Positions 52,012 through 62,566 of a stretch of DNA of 64,000 nucleotides are shown piece by piece (positions within the stretch are counted from its first letter, which is position 1; the number at the start of each line of letters is the position of its first letter). Source of the DNA: Candidatus Latescibacterota bacterium (GTDB taxonomy: Bacteria > Latescibacterota > UBA2968). The translations under genes and the position numbers were made by a program. The DNA is taken from NCBI GenBank assembly GCA_965198115.1, contig OZ240241.1, positions 7,616,001-7,680,000 of the forward strand, in the 5' to 3' direction. The notes below the pieces were generated by a model, which ran no database searches, had not been told where the DNA came from, and saw nothing but the letters and a program-made list of their open reading frames with translations.

Positions 52012-53121
52012 CTACCAATCGACAACCGATCCGTCGTCCGGATCGAACTGCGCAACGTAGGGCCGCGGCTCACCGACCATCCCTCGCAGCTTGTCTTCGT
52101 CGATAGTGATGCCGAGGCCGGGCTCCGTCGGTACTGGACGGTGGCCATCTTTGACGGGCGGGAGCGGCTTCGCGAGCAACTCATCGTACTCGTTGTCGCC
52201 CCGCTCCTGAGCGAGAAAGTTTGGAATGCATGCAGCGATCTGAAGGCTGGCAGCGAGAGAGCATGGGCCCTGAGGGTTGTGAGGCGCCAACGGTGTGTAA
52301 TAGGCCTCGGCCATGCCGGCGATAATCTTCAGCTCCGTGATGCCGCCGGCGTAGCAGACGTCAGGCTGAAGGATCGTGGCCGCTCGCTTCTCGAGAAGCT
52401 CTCGGAATCCCCATTTGGTGAAGATGCGTTCGCCCGTGGCAAGCGGGATGTGTGTCTTTGCGGCGATCTCTGCCATCACGTCCACGTTGAGGGCCTGCAC
52501 GACTTCTTCGTAGAACCACGGCTGGTAGGGTTCGAGCGCCTTGATGAGAAGCATCGCCGTGGGCGGCTGGACGGCGCCGTGAAAGTCGACGCCGATGTCG
52601 ACGTCCGGGCCGTGTTGCTCACGCAACGCAGCGAATCGCTCCGTGACTTCCTCGACGAACTTGGCTCCCTCGACGTATTTGAAAGCCTTTCGGGAGGTCT
52701 GCGGGCCGACCTTCAACGCGTTGACGCCCGTTTCCTGGCTGACCTGACCGTAGACGCGAACGCGTTCGCGCGTGGGCCCGCCCAAGAGCTTGTAGACGGG
52801 GACACCGTAGCACTTTCCCGTGATGTCCCATAGTGCCTGGTCGATGCCGGAGGAGATGGCGGTCTTGATCGGCCCGCCACGATAGAAGGCGCCGCGATGG
52901 ATGGCCTGCCAGTGGTGCGTGACCTGCCTAGGGTCTTTGTCGACGAGGTAGACCGCGACCTCCTGCGCGCCCGCTGCGCACGCCTTCGCGTCATCCTTGA
53001 GCATCTCACCCCAGCCGGTAACGCCGGCATCGGTAGTTATCTTGACGAAGACCCAGGAGTTGGTGAGGACGTAGGTCTCGATGCCGGTGACTTTGATGGC
53101 TTCGTTTGGAGCGACGAGCAT
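52012..53121 (-). CDS. dgoD: Galactonate dehydratase-like enolase superfamily enzyme
   Basis: FYRGGP, GIDQALWDI.GK, VDFHG, ATGER, QPDVCYAGG, APHNPQGP; substrate not certain. Confidence 0.8.
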   Translation of the reverse strand: MLVAPNEAIKVTGIETYVLTNSWVFVKITTDAGVTGWGEMLKDDAKACAAGAQEVAVYLVDKDPRQVTHHWQAIHRGAFYRGGPIKTAISSGIDQALWDITGKCYGVPVYKLLGGPTRERVRVYGQVSQETGVNALKVGPQTSRKAFKYVEGAKFVEEVTERFAALREQHGPDVDIGVDFHGAVQPPTAMLLIKALEPYQPWFYEEVVQALNVDVMAEIAAKTHIPLATGERIFTKWGFRELLEKRAATILQPDVCYAGGITELKIIAGMAEAYYTPLAPHNPQGPCSLAASLQIAACIPNFLAQERGDNEYDELLAKPLPPVKDGHRPVPTEPGLGITIDEDKLRGMVGEPRPYVAQFDPDDGSVVDW

Positions 53122-53304
53122 TTGGGTTCCTTGGACTGGAAGTAATTGGCGAATCGCTAGAAAGACTTCGAGTCGGTCGACACAATATGTGGGAGGCTTG
53201 AAACTTTGTCAGCCTTCGGGCACTCTCTCATTCAAACACGGATAGCCTCAGGAATCCGTGGCACGATGTGGATGGGAAGGCCATCCACGAGTAAAGACTG
53301 AAGT

Positions 53305-54204
53305 GTGACATTCGACAGGCGGGATGATACCCTGATCGAGGAACTGACACTCAAGTGTTTTGGACGAATCTGGCCGCTCCACTCCGTCCGCTTCGGCGAG
53401 ACGCTTCAGCAGTCGGGGGGTCGGTTGGTTCGCGTTCTGACGGCGTCCGAAGGGAAATTCGTCTTCAAGGTTGCAAATGTAGCGACGCCGGAAGAGGACG
53501 TGATCCGAGATACGTTCGCCTTCGGATTCTTGAAGGAGCGGGGGTTTGTCCACATACCTGATCTGCTAAAGACGCGAACGGATCATTCCTATTCCAGGGT
53601 CGGGGATCGGCTGGTTTGCGTGATGGAGTGCGTGGAGGGTACTAGCAACAGCCGGACCCCGGAGAACTGGGCTCAGCTCGCCGAAATCGCCGCCGAGCTC
53701 CACGACATCACGGGCTATCCCTACGTATCGACATTCACCGTCAAAGATGAGACCGCTAAATTTCCTGAGACGGCCGCCAAGTTGCCTTTTGAAAAAGCCT
53801 TCATGGAACTCGCGCACGGCCTACCCGATCTTGCCAGTCTGTCGCGGTCGATCATCCATACAGACCTCGGCCTGGCCAATGTTGTCCTGAGGCCCGACGG
53901 GAGGATGGTCCTCGTCGATCTCGATGACATCGGAGTCGGTACCACCATTCTGGACGTTGCTTGTCCGCTGATGTATTTCATCGAAAGCGACAAAGATCGG
54001 TTCCAGAGAGATCGGGCAAAGGCATTCTACGATGCCTACTTTGCAAGACGACGACTTCCTGAGGGGGAAAGAGAGCTTATCTTCGACGCAGGGATCTGGT
54101 TCTTCATGGAATACCTGGGCTTCGGAAACCCTCAGAGGGGTTGGCAGCAGATTCAGTATGCTTTGAAGAATCGCGAGGAGATCGAAGCCGCGATTCTGGG
54201 ATAG
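53305..54204 (+). CDS. APH/homoserine kinase type II-like phosphotransferase
   Basis: FVFKV, LHDI, IIHTDLGLANV, LVDLDD. Confidence 0.8.
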   Translation: MTFDRRDDTLIEELTLKCFGRIWPLHSVRFGETLQQSGGRLVRVLTASEGKFVFKVANVATPEEDVIRDTFAFGFLKERGFVHIPDLLKTRTDHSYSRVGDRLVCVMECVEGTSNSRTPENWAQLAEIAAELHDITGYPYVSTFTVKDETAKFPETAAKLPFEKAFMELAHGLPDLASLSRSIIHTDLGLANVVLRPDGRMVLVDLDDIGVGTTILDVACPLMYFIESDKDRFQRDRAKAFYDAYFARRRLPEGERELIFDAGIWFFMEYLGFGNPQRGWQQIQYALKNREEIEAAILG

Positions 54205-54267
54205 CGGTCGTTTACGGTCGTCCGATCCCAGGCCACGCTTCTCTGGTGGAGTGTGGCGCCGCGCCGA

Positions 54268-55094
54268 TCAAGGGGTCTCTGCTTTCGAATTTTTGAGCGC
54301 CGCAATTTGTTCCACTACCTTGTAGACGGCCCGTACTACGTCCTCCGTCACTTCGCGATCTCGCCCAAAAGCCAATTCTGTTTCATCCGCACGGTGGTGT
54401 GCATGTGTGTGTTCGGCGCCCTCCTGCGGACTGCCAAACTGTCGATACGACCGGCAGAGGTCGGCCAGGGCTTTGTCGTCGGTCGTGACCATTCCTCCGT
54501 CACCCGAAACCATCGTCTTCCGTTGATAGCTGAAGGACCCGAAGTGCCCGAGCGTGCCAACCTTTCTTCCCCGCCATTCTGATCCTTGCGCCTGTGCGGC
54601 ATCCTCGAGCACGATCAGATCGTGCGCTTCCCCAATGGCTGTGAACGCATCCATATCCGCCGGAATACCGTGCAGATGAACCGGCATCAGCGCGCATTCG
54701 TGATGGCCCCTTCCGTCGCCTTGGGACACATCGAACAATTCCTGGGATCGATGTCTACCGGCACGGGCAAGGCACCGGCCAGAAGCACCGAAAGCGGACA
54801 GGCCACAAATGTGAAGGTGGGCATGATCACCTCATCGCCCGGTCCGATTCCGGCCGCCTTCAAGGCAAGCGTCATCGTCTCGGTGCCGTTGATGGATGAA
54901 ATCGCGTAGGCCGCGCCCATCCACTCGGCGAATTGAGCCTCCAGTTCCTCGCCCTTCGTGCCCCTCCCATACTGCCACTTTCCACTCTCGGCCACTCGTG
55001 ATACGGCTGCAACCTCATCCGCACCGTAGATCGGCCACTCGGGTGGTGGCGCCTCTCGAATTGGTTCTCCACCCAGCAACGCCAGCTCGCTCAT
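54268..55094 (-). pseudogene. DegT/DnrJ/EryC1/StrS aminotransferase, frameshifted and internally deleted
   Basis: NGT, GIGPGDEVI.P, PVHL.G, EDAAQAQG, SFSYQRK..GDGG, then a jump to C-terminal QNWLLG; only about 830 bp. Confidence 0.78.
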
Positions 55095-55299
55095 CGCATT
55101 TCCCTCGTTCTATGTCGGGATCCAACCAGTTCGGCGGAAGCGTAGGGTAATATACTCGCTGGTACCCGTGTCGCGCTCGTCTCGAAAATATCTACGCTCG
55201 AAGAAAACCGAGGTTGACGCTTTCGTATGCGGATCGTTCCGTTTGTGCGGACGAAATACGAGACTCCTGCAACGACGACCACACCGAGGAGACAACGGG

Positions 55300-56134
55300 A
55301 TGCTCGCAGACCTTTCAGGGAAGACGGCGTTGGTGACGGGGGGCGGCCAGGGCATCGGGCGCGGCATCGTGCTCAAGCTGGCCGAGCAGGGCGCTGACGT
55401 GGCGATCGCGGATATCAATGACGAAGGGGCTACGGCGGTCGTGGAAGAGGTGAAGGCGCTCGGGCGCGAGAGTTTCGAGGTGCGGCTCGACGTGACTGAC
55501 AAGGGCTCGGTGGACAACGCCGTGAAGGATGTCATCGACGGGTTCGGACACCTGGACATTCCTGGTAAACAATGCCGGGATCGGTCGGCTCGCGGGTCAC
55601 GCCGGCGGCGGCTTGGACGACGATTGGGAGGAGAACTGGGAAACCGTCCTCGAAATAAACGTGCAGGGGGTCATGCGTTGTACGAAAGCCGTCCTTGGCC
55701 ACTTTATGGAGAGGAAGTACGGAAAAATCATCAACACGGCGTCGGGAGCCGGGAGAGGGCCGATTTGGCAAGGGCCTTCCACGGCGGGTATGGGCAATCC
55801 ATACGGACCGTCAAAGGCCGCGGTGATCAATTACACCCAGTATCTGGCATCCAGCTTGGGACCGCACAACATCAACGTGAACGCGATCTGCCCCGGACGC
55901 GTTTGGACGGCCTTTCACGAGTTGGCCCTTTCGGAGAGGAAGAGCAAGGATGCAGCGCTCGCGGAGAAAGATTCCTACGAGCTGTTCACGGAAAGCGTAA
56001 AGAAGGTGACCCCCTTGGGAAGGGAACAGACGCCCGCAGAGATTGGCAGTTTGGTGGCGTTTCTGGCGTCTGATGATGCGAGTTCCATAACGGGTCAATC
56101 GATTCATATCGACGGTGGTCAGAGAATGGTCTGA
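55300..56134 (+). CDS. SDR oxidoreductase; frameshift near 55560
   Basis: TGGGQGIG, LVNNAG, YGPSK, ITGQSIHIDGG. Confidence 0.88.
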
Positions 56135-56162
56135 TGGCCGGAATCGGCAGGAGGACAGCTGG

Positions 56163-57274
56163 ATGAAGATTGTGGATCTGACGCTTGCGTTGTTCAAGTG
56201 GGAAGGCATACACGAGGGCTCGCCAAGCGCCACACAGGTCGACTGGGCGGGGACAGCCAGATTGGACTGCTCACGATCGGCACGGACGAGGGAATCGAAG
56301 GCCACGCGTTCCTGGGGACTTCCAACCGCAGTGCGGAGATGGATGCCACGTCGCTGATCCAATTCCTGAAGCCCGTGGTCATGGATCAGAACCCACTCGA
56401 TCGGGAGAATCTGTACGAGACGATGATCTTTCTTTATCGGAATACCACGATGCGAGCCATTGGCGCGGTCGACGTCGCGCTCTGGGACATCGCCGGTAAG
56501 ATCGCGGGTCTGCCAATTCACCAGTTGCTCGGCTCCTACCGAGATCGTATCCCGGCCTACGTCAGCTCACCCCGTTTTGGATCGCCGGAGGAGTACGCAG
56601 AACAAGCGGCGGAAAGTCAGGCAGCCGGATGGGCGGCCTACAAAATCCACCCACCGGCTGTCAACATCGAGGAGGACATTGAGATCTGCCGGGCCGTGCG
56701 GGAAGCAGTGGGCGACGATTATCGACTCATGCTGGATTCGATCTGGGCCTATGACTACCCCCAGGCGCTCAAAGTCGGACGGGCGATTCAAGATCTTGGC
56801 TACTACTGGTACGAGGATCCCCTGGCAGGGGACGACATCGGCAACTATGTGAAACTTCGACACCACCTCCACATTCCGATGATGGCGACGGAACATTCAC
56901 CTGGCGGCTTCACGGCATACGCCCCGTGGCTGACAGCCCAGGCGACAGACTACTTGCGAGGAGACGTGGCCGTGAAGGGCGGCATTACCGCGGTGATGAA
57001 GACTGCGCACCTGGCCGAGGCCTTTCATATGAATTATGAAATACACCACGGCGGCAACTCGCTGAATAACGTTGCGAATCTTCACGCGACCATGGCGATC
57101 AGGAACACGGAGTACTTCGAGGTGCTCCTGCCCTCCGAAGCGCAGAAGTATGGGTTGGTGGAAGATATCGAGCAGGACGGCAACGGCTTGGTGCACGCCT
57201 TTGATGAACCGGGTCTGGGGGCGAAGATCGACTTCGATCTGATCGAACGGAACAAAGTCGCCACGCTGTCGTGA
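56163..57274 (+). CDS. Mandelate racemase/muconate lactonizing enzyme family; frameshift near 56210
   Basis: ATG 56163 (MKIVDL); DVALWDIAGK, AYKIHP, WYEDP, PGLG. Confidence 0.85.
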
Positions 57275-57356
57275 GTCATGCTTCGACCCTCGGCCGATGA
57301 ATGGATCGGAGACAGCTGGTGCGTAGAATTCATAACCTGAATGGGGGGATGGCGGG

Positions 57357-57866
57357 TTGATGAAGCTGCCTGAAGAGCTCTTCGCTTTTCTGGAGGCGCA
57401 AGGGTTATCTTACAAAGCGACAGAACACGAGGCGGTGTTCACGGTCGAGGAATCGGCTCGTCTGGTGCCGGAACTGTCCGGCGCAAAGACGAAGAACCTG
57501 TTTCTTCGGGACAAGGCTGGCGATCGGCACCTCCTGGTCGTCGTGGGTCACGAGAAACGGGTCGATCTGAAAGAACTCTCGCGCAGGCTAGGAACGAGCA
57601 AGCTGAGACTGGCTTCTCCCAGACGCTTGGAAGTCCACCTGGGACAGTCGCCCGGGTCGGTTTCGCTGATGGCTCTGGTGAACGACACGGATGGGACGGT
57701 GGAGCTGGTGATCGACCATTCCGTCTGGGAGGCGGAAGCGATACAGTGTCATCCGCTTGCGAACACGGCAACGATCGTGATGCCTCGGGAAGACGTGGAA
57801 CGCTTCGTTGCGGCCACGGGTCATACACTGGTGGTGATGGAGGTCCCTGCGGTAACGCCTGCGTGA
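57357..57866 (+). CDS. YbaK/ProX aminoacyl-tRNA deacylase
   Basis: HEAVFTVEE, KNLFLRDK, PGSVS, HPLAN. Confidence 0.9.
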   Translation: MMKLPEELFAFLEAQGLSYKATEHEAVFTVEESARLVPELSGAKTKNLFLRDKAGDRHLLVVVGHEKRVDLKELSRRLGTSKLRLASPRRLEVHLGQSPGSVSLMALVNDTDGTVELVIDHSVWEAEAIQCHPLANTATIVMPREDVERFVAATGHTLVVMEVPAVTPA

Positions 57867-57989
57867 TGGATTCCCGCTGACGTTCAGCTTCACGTCTCTG
57901 CCTCGAGTTGCGGACAGATCGGGCATCCGTATCGTGACGAACCGGCTGACGACTTTGCGGGGACGGCAATGACACGGTGAGGAGGAGAT

Positions 57990-58850
57990 GTGACCTCGAC
58001 TGACACAACCATCGAAGTTCGTCTCGTATCGGGCGCCCTGGGTGCCGAGATTCACGGTGTTGACCTGCGTGAGCCGATATCGGATGAAGATTTTGAAGGC
58101 ATCCGACAAGCCTTCTGGGATCACAGCGTCATCTTTTTTCGGGATCAGGACCTGAGTCCGGAGCAGCACATCGCGTTTGCGGACCGATGGGGCGACATTA
58201 ACGTCAATCGATTCTTCAAGCAGGTGGAAGGGCATCCGCAGGTCGCGGAGGTGCGCAAAGAGCCGGACCAGGAGAGGAACGTCGGTCGATTCTGGCACAC
58301 GGATCACTCCTACGACCAGATTCCGGCGATGGCGTCGATTCTCTACGCGAAAGAAGTGCCGGACGTTGGTGGAGACACATTGTTCTCGAGTATGTATGCG
58401 GCCCACGACGCCCTATCTGAAGGCATGCGCGCAACTCTTAACGCATTGAAGGCAGTCCACTCGAGCCGGCATGTCTTCGGGAAGCCACGTGGTGAGGGAA
58501 AGGCGGATGATCGAATCGGGAATCCGGAGGCGGCCAGGCAGGACGCCCTCCATCCGGTGATCATCCGTCACCCGGACACGAGGCGCAAAGCGCTGTATGT
58601 GAACAGGAGTTTCACGGTCCGGATCGAGGGTTGGACGGAGCAGGAATCGAAGAGCTTACTGGACTTTTTGTATGATCACGCGGCGAACCCCGAGTTCACG
58701 TGTCGATTCCGGTGGGAGAAGGGATCGATCGCGATGTGGGACAACCGCGTAACGTGGCATCGTGCGCTGAACGATTATCCCGGGCAGCGTCGATATATGC
58801 ATCGAATCACGGTGGAAGGCGTCCCGCTACACGGTGTCGAGTGTAGTTGA
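57990..58850 (+). CDS. TauD/TfdA Fe/2-OG dioxygenase
   Basis: LGAEIHGVDL, WHTD, GGDT, HPVI, WDNR..WHRA. Confidence 0.92.
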   Translation: MTSTDTTIEVRLVSGALGAEIHGVDLREPISDEDFEGIRQAFWDHSVIFFRDQDLSPEQHIAFADRWGDINVNRFFKQVEGHPQVAEVRKEPDQERNVGRFWHTDHSYDQIPAMASILYAKEVPDVGGDTLFSSMYAAHDALSEGMRATLNALKAVHSSRHVFGKPRGEGKADDRIGNPEAARQDALHPVIIRHPDTRRKALYVNRSFTVRIEGWTEQESKSLLDFLYDHAANPEFTCRFRWEKGSIAMWDNRVTWHRALNDYPGQRRYMHRITVEGVPLHGVECS

Positions 58851-58889
58851 CTCAGCCCGCTCAGGTATACTCCCTCATAGCGAGATGAC

Positions 58890-60140
58890 TTGACCGACCT
58901 CTTTCGCGGATACAACCTCCGAGATTACAACGAGAACGTCCGACGTTTCTTCCTCTTCGGCATCCCGCTGGTCGCCGGGATGACCGTCCAGAGTCTTCTT
59001 TACAATCTCTATCTGACGCGTCTTGGCTTTCAGGAAGACTTTATCGGCCTGATCGTTGGGGTCGCCCCGATCGCGTGCGGCCTGTTCGCTTTTCCTATCG
59101 GCTACCTCAGCGATCGCATCGGCCGCCGACCGTTCCTGATTGCCACGGCCACTGTTCTCGCGACAACGCAGGTCGGGCTGGTCACGCTTTCGAACCCGAC
59201 GATCCTTCTCGTGTTGTCGTTCCTGGCTGGAACGTCCACGGCATTCCTATGGGTCAATCACGTCCCGTTCCTCAGCGAGAATGCCCGGCCGGAGCGTCGT
59301 GCGCAGGCCATCGCGATCTGGATGGGCATTCAGGCGATGACTCGGATGGGAGTCAGCCTCGTTGGGGGGTCACTGCCCGGCGTGATGGCGGGTCTGACCG
59401 GGACCTCGCCCCACCTGCCCGAGCCCTACCGCTATGCTCTCTACGTCGGGGCGGGCCTCTTCCTGTTTTCCATCTGGCCGCTGCTCGGCGTCGAGCCGGG
59501 CGTTCAAAAACCGCGGGCATTCGACCCGGAGGCCGAGGACGTCCCGTTCCCTACCGGTGTGTTCGTGGCCTTCTCCGCGATCGCCACCTGCAGGGGCGCC
59601 TCGATGGGGTTCTCGTTTCCGTTCTTCAACGTGTTTCTGCAGGAGGAGCTCGGAACCTCGACGGCCCTGATCGGAATCGTCTTTTTCGTCGCCCAGATCG
59701 TAACGGTGCCGGCGACGGTCGCGGCTCCGGCGATGGCCAGACGATGGGGTGCGGTCAAGACGATCGTTCCGCTCCGTGTCATCGGGGCCATCACGATGGT
59801 GTGTCTGGGACTGTCGAGTGATCTCTGGTGGGCGCTTGTCTTTGTGGTGATTGGAGCCGCGGCCGAAGCCATCACGAGCCCTACTGAAATGACCTTCGCG
59901 ACCCGTGTGATACCCAGGAAGTTCTGGGGTCGGATCCAGAGTGTGCGGGTGGCGGGTTTCCAGATCCCGTCCGGTATCGCGAGTCTCATCGCCGGTTTCG
60001 TGATCGTCAAATATGGCTACTGGCTGACGTTCATGATCGCCGCGGCCCTACGCTTCACGAGTGCCATGACTTTCTTGGTGGCGTTCAGGCGAACGACCGT
60101 GCTGGAGCCCGAGGAGCTGCCCGCTACGTCGGCAGTCTGA
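58890..60140 (+). CDS. MFS transporter
   Basis: About 12 TM segments, GYLSDRIGRR motif A. Confidence 0.9.
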   Translation: MTDLFRGYNLRDYNENVRRFFLFGIPLVAGMTVQSLLYNLYLTRLGFQEDFIGLIVGVAPIACGLFAFPIGYLSDRIGRRPFLIATATVLATTQVGLVTLSNPTILLVLSFLAGTSTAFLWVNHVPFLSENARPERRAQAIAIWMGIQAMTRMGVSLVGGSLPGVMAGLTGTSPHLPEPYRYALYVGAGLFLFSIWPLLGVEPGVQKPRAFDPEAEDVPFPTGVFVAFSAIATCRGASMGFSFPFFNVFLQEELGTSTALIGIVFFVAQIVTVPATVAAPAMARRWGAVKTIVPLRVIGAITMVCLGLSSDLWWALVFVVIGAAAEAITSPTEMTFATRVIPRKFWGRIQSVRVAGFQIPSGIASLIAGFVIVKYGYWLTFMIAAALRFTSAMTFLVAFRRTTVLEPEELPATSAV

Positions 60141-60340
60141 CGAACGGCGGGAACCACCCTTCGATACGCGGCTTCGCCGCTACTCAGGGCAGGCAGATGA
60201 ACACAGATGAACACAAATGTTGTAGCCTCGGGATCTGGCAGCCCTATTCGGGAATGGGATTTGGGCAGCCAGAAGAATGACTTCGCTACATCAATGACAA
60301 TCGCTGGATCTCTGACCTATCAATCGTAGGAGGATGACTG

Positions 60341-61207
60341 GTGGCGATTCATTTTGCGATGGGGGGTGCGATTTTCGGGGCGTTCACGGCTGAGTCCGTC
60401 AACCTGATTGCAAAGTACGGGTTGCCCGGGGTTGAGCCTTACCGAAACGGAGTGCTCGCCTGGCTCGATCAGCCGGAAGCGCTGAAGGATCTTCTGGATG
60501 GACACGGCATTCGGCTCATTACGGCTTCGAACGGTGGTCCCGATCAGTCGACGGAGTTTATCGACCTGTCCAGGCGTGAGGAGACCATTGCCGATCACGT
60601 CGCTTTCTGCAGGGACTTCCTGAAGGTGTTTGGCTGCACGCACTTCAAGATCAATATGGGCGGTCGTCCGGCGGACGGGACGTCACTCGAAGATATCAAG
60701 GCGATCGCGGAGACCGTAACGGAGCTGGGGAAGCGGACGCTCGATATGGGGGTCACGATTGCCCCGCACCCACACATCTGGGGACCGATCGAGCGACCCG
60801 AAGAGGTTCGGGCACTTCTGGATCAGACAGACCCGGAGATCGTCTCGTGGATTCCCGACACAGCTCAGCTCAACCTCGGTGGAGGCGATCCCGTCGAGCT
60901 GATCTCCGACTACTACGATCGTCTGGCCGCTGTTCACTGGAAAGACTCGAAGGCATCCTACCGGGGGTATACGGGGCCGACACCGACGAAGGAGATGCAC
61001 GCCGAAGAGATCCTCTACAAGGACTTGGGCTCGGGAGGCGTCGATCATCCCGGGATCTGGAAGATGCTGGTGGAGCGCGGCTACGACGGTTGGATCACGC
61101 TCGATCTTGATCCGCCGCGTCCTAACGAGGGCGAGGGATCAGTCGACGACAAGATCGGGATCAACCATCGGTATTTGATCGAGACGCTGGAGGTTCCGCA
61201 CCTTTAA
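60341..61207 (+). CDS. Sugar phosphate isomerase/epimerase (IolE/xylose-isomerase-like TIM barrel)
   Basis: HPH, PDTAQL..GGGDP, VHWKD, LGSGGVD, YDGWIT. Confidence 0.85.
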   Translation: MAIHFAMGGAIFGAFTAESVNLIAKYGLPGVEPYRNGVLAWLDQPEALKDLLDGHGIRLITASNGGPDQSTEFIDLSRREETIADHVAFCRDFLKVFGCTHFKINMGGRPADGTSLEDIKAIAETVTELGKRTLDMGVTIAPHPHIWGPIERPEEVRALLDQTDPEIVSWIPDTAQLNLGGGDPVELISDYYDRLAAVHWKDSKASYRGYTGPTPTKEMHAEEILYKDLGSGGVDHPGIWKMLVERGYDGWITLDLDPPRPNEGEGSVDDKIGINHRYLIETLEVPHL

Positions 61208-61284
61208 AACCGAAGCAGCCACTGAGGGCACTGAGAACACTGAGATTACTGGTGGAAGGTAGGCTGGAGACCTATCATAAATCA

Positions 61285-61319
61285 GAACGGCTCACGCTGA
61301 CGAAAGCGTGAGCCGTTTC
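61285..61319. terminator. Intrinsic terminator between convergent genes
   Basis: AACGGCTCACGCT-GACGAA-AGCGTGAGCCGTT-TC. Confidence 0.75.
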
Positions 61320-61344
61320 TCATTGAACAAGATGGAGACACCGT

Positions 61345-62553
61345 TCATGCACGCATCAGCTGGAGGCAGTTCTCGTAAGCTTCGAAGTGTTCGCCCTCGC
61401 GTTCATCGGGGTCGACGAGTTTGAGGAACAGGGCGCTGTTGGGCTTCTTTCCGGTGAATTCGCGGTGGCTTTTGATGTGCGTGGGATCGGGGCCGCTCCA
61501 CTTCACCTCGCCGTCCTGGAGGTAGACGAAGTCCCCACCGTAGCGATCGATCATCTGCCGCATCCGGTCGCGGTAGAAGAGGCCCTGCTCACAGGCCGTT
61601 TCGCGCACGGTGGCCATCGTGGCGGCGGGATCTTCCTCGACGGAATCGAATTCGTTCAGGGGCGCGTCGACTTCGCTCTCGAGATTGATCTGATCGAGAT
61701 CGACCGTGCCGAACCCACTCTGGGCCGCGACAAGCAGATGGTTGCGGTCTCGGCGGAAAGGGGGCGTGGGCCAGTCAGATGCCGGATCGTGGCCCATCAA
61801 GTGCGCGCCGACGGCGTCGGTGGCCACGATCTGATCACCGGCAACGAGGGTGTCGCAGATTCGACCCTCCCCACCCCACTCACGTCCCCACTGGCCGGTG
61901 GTGGCGTCGATGATGTTGAGGCACGGGTTGGTGATACGCGCGAGGTCGGGGAGGACGTAGGACAACCGGATCGCGTGATGGAAGTAGCTGCGCACTCGTC
62001 CCTCGGGCGGGATCGTGGGCGTGAGACCGAACAGGTTTTTCGTGCACAGGGTGACGCCCATGAAGAGATGATTCTTCATTTTGGCGACGGAGACGACCTC
62101 GTCCGCCTCGCTGAAGCAACGGTTGAGGGTGTAACGCTGAAACATACAGCCACCTCCCGGCACGTCGTATTCGGCAAAAGGCGGGAGGTTCGACTCGGCG
62201 TACTCGACATCGAATTCTTCGAGTAGCGGCAAGTAGTTCCCGTAGTCGGTGCGAGTATGGGATTCGTCGTGACAGAAGGTATCGGCTGCGACGAGGGTGG
62301 CTGACGTCCGCTCCCGCAGGAGACGAAGTACGGCTCGGCAAACGGCATCGTCGACGAGCTCACGGCGACGACCCTCGAACTTGTGAATGTCGGTGTGGCC
62401 CATATTGAACTTGAGCGCGATGCGACCCGCCTTCTCCAACTTCTCCCACGATCGTTTCAGTGGTGCTGTGGCTCGCACTAGGGATTCGTAGACCTCCTCC
62501 TCGGAAGCCTGGTGGTCACAGCGAACTGCACGAACACGATAGTCTTTCGACAT
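61345..62553 (-). CDS. DUF362 domain protein
   Basis: LKFN, VSVAKMKNH..GVTLCTKNLFG, NIIDA, VATDAVGAHLMG. Confidence 0.82.
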   Translation of the reverse strand: MSKDYRVRAVRCDHQASEEEVYESLVRATAPLKRSWEKLEKAGRIALKFNMGHTDIHKFEGRRRELVDDAVCRAVLRLLRERTSATLVAADTFCHDESHTRTDYGNYLPLLEEFDVEYAESNLPPFAEYDVPGGGCMFQRYTLNRCFSEADEVVSVAKMKNHLFMGVTLCTKNLFGLTPTIPPEGRVRSYFHHAIRLSYVLPDLARITNPCLNIIDATTGQWGREWGGEGRICDTLVAGDQIVATDAVGAHLMGHDPASDWPTPPFRRDRNHLLVAAQSGFGTVDLDQINLESEVDAPLNEFDSVEEDPAATMATVRETACEQGLFYRDRMRQMIDRYGGDFVYLQDGEVKWSGPDPTHIKSHREFTGKKPNSALFLKLVDPDEREGEHFEAYENCLQLMRA

Positions 62554-62566
62554 TTGCTCCTCGCTC

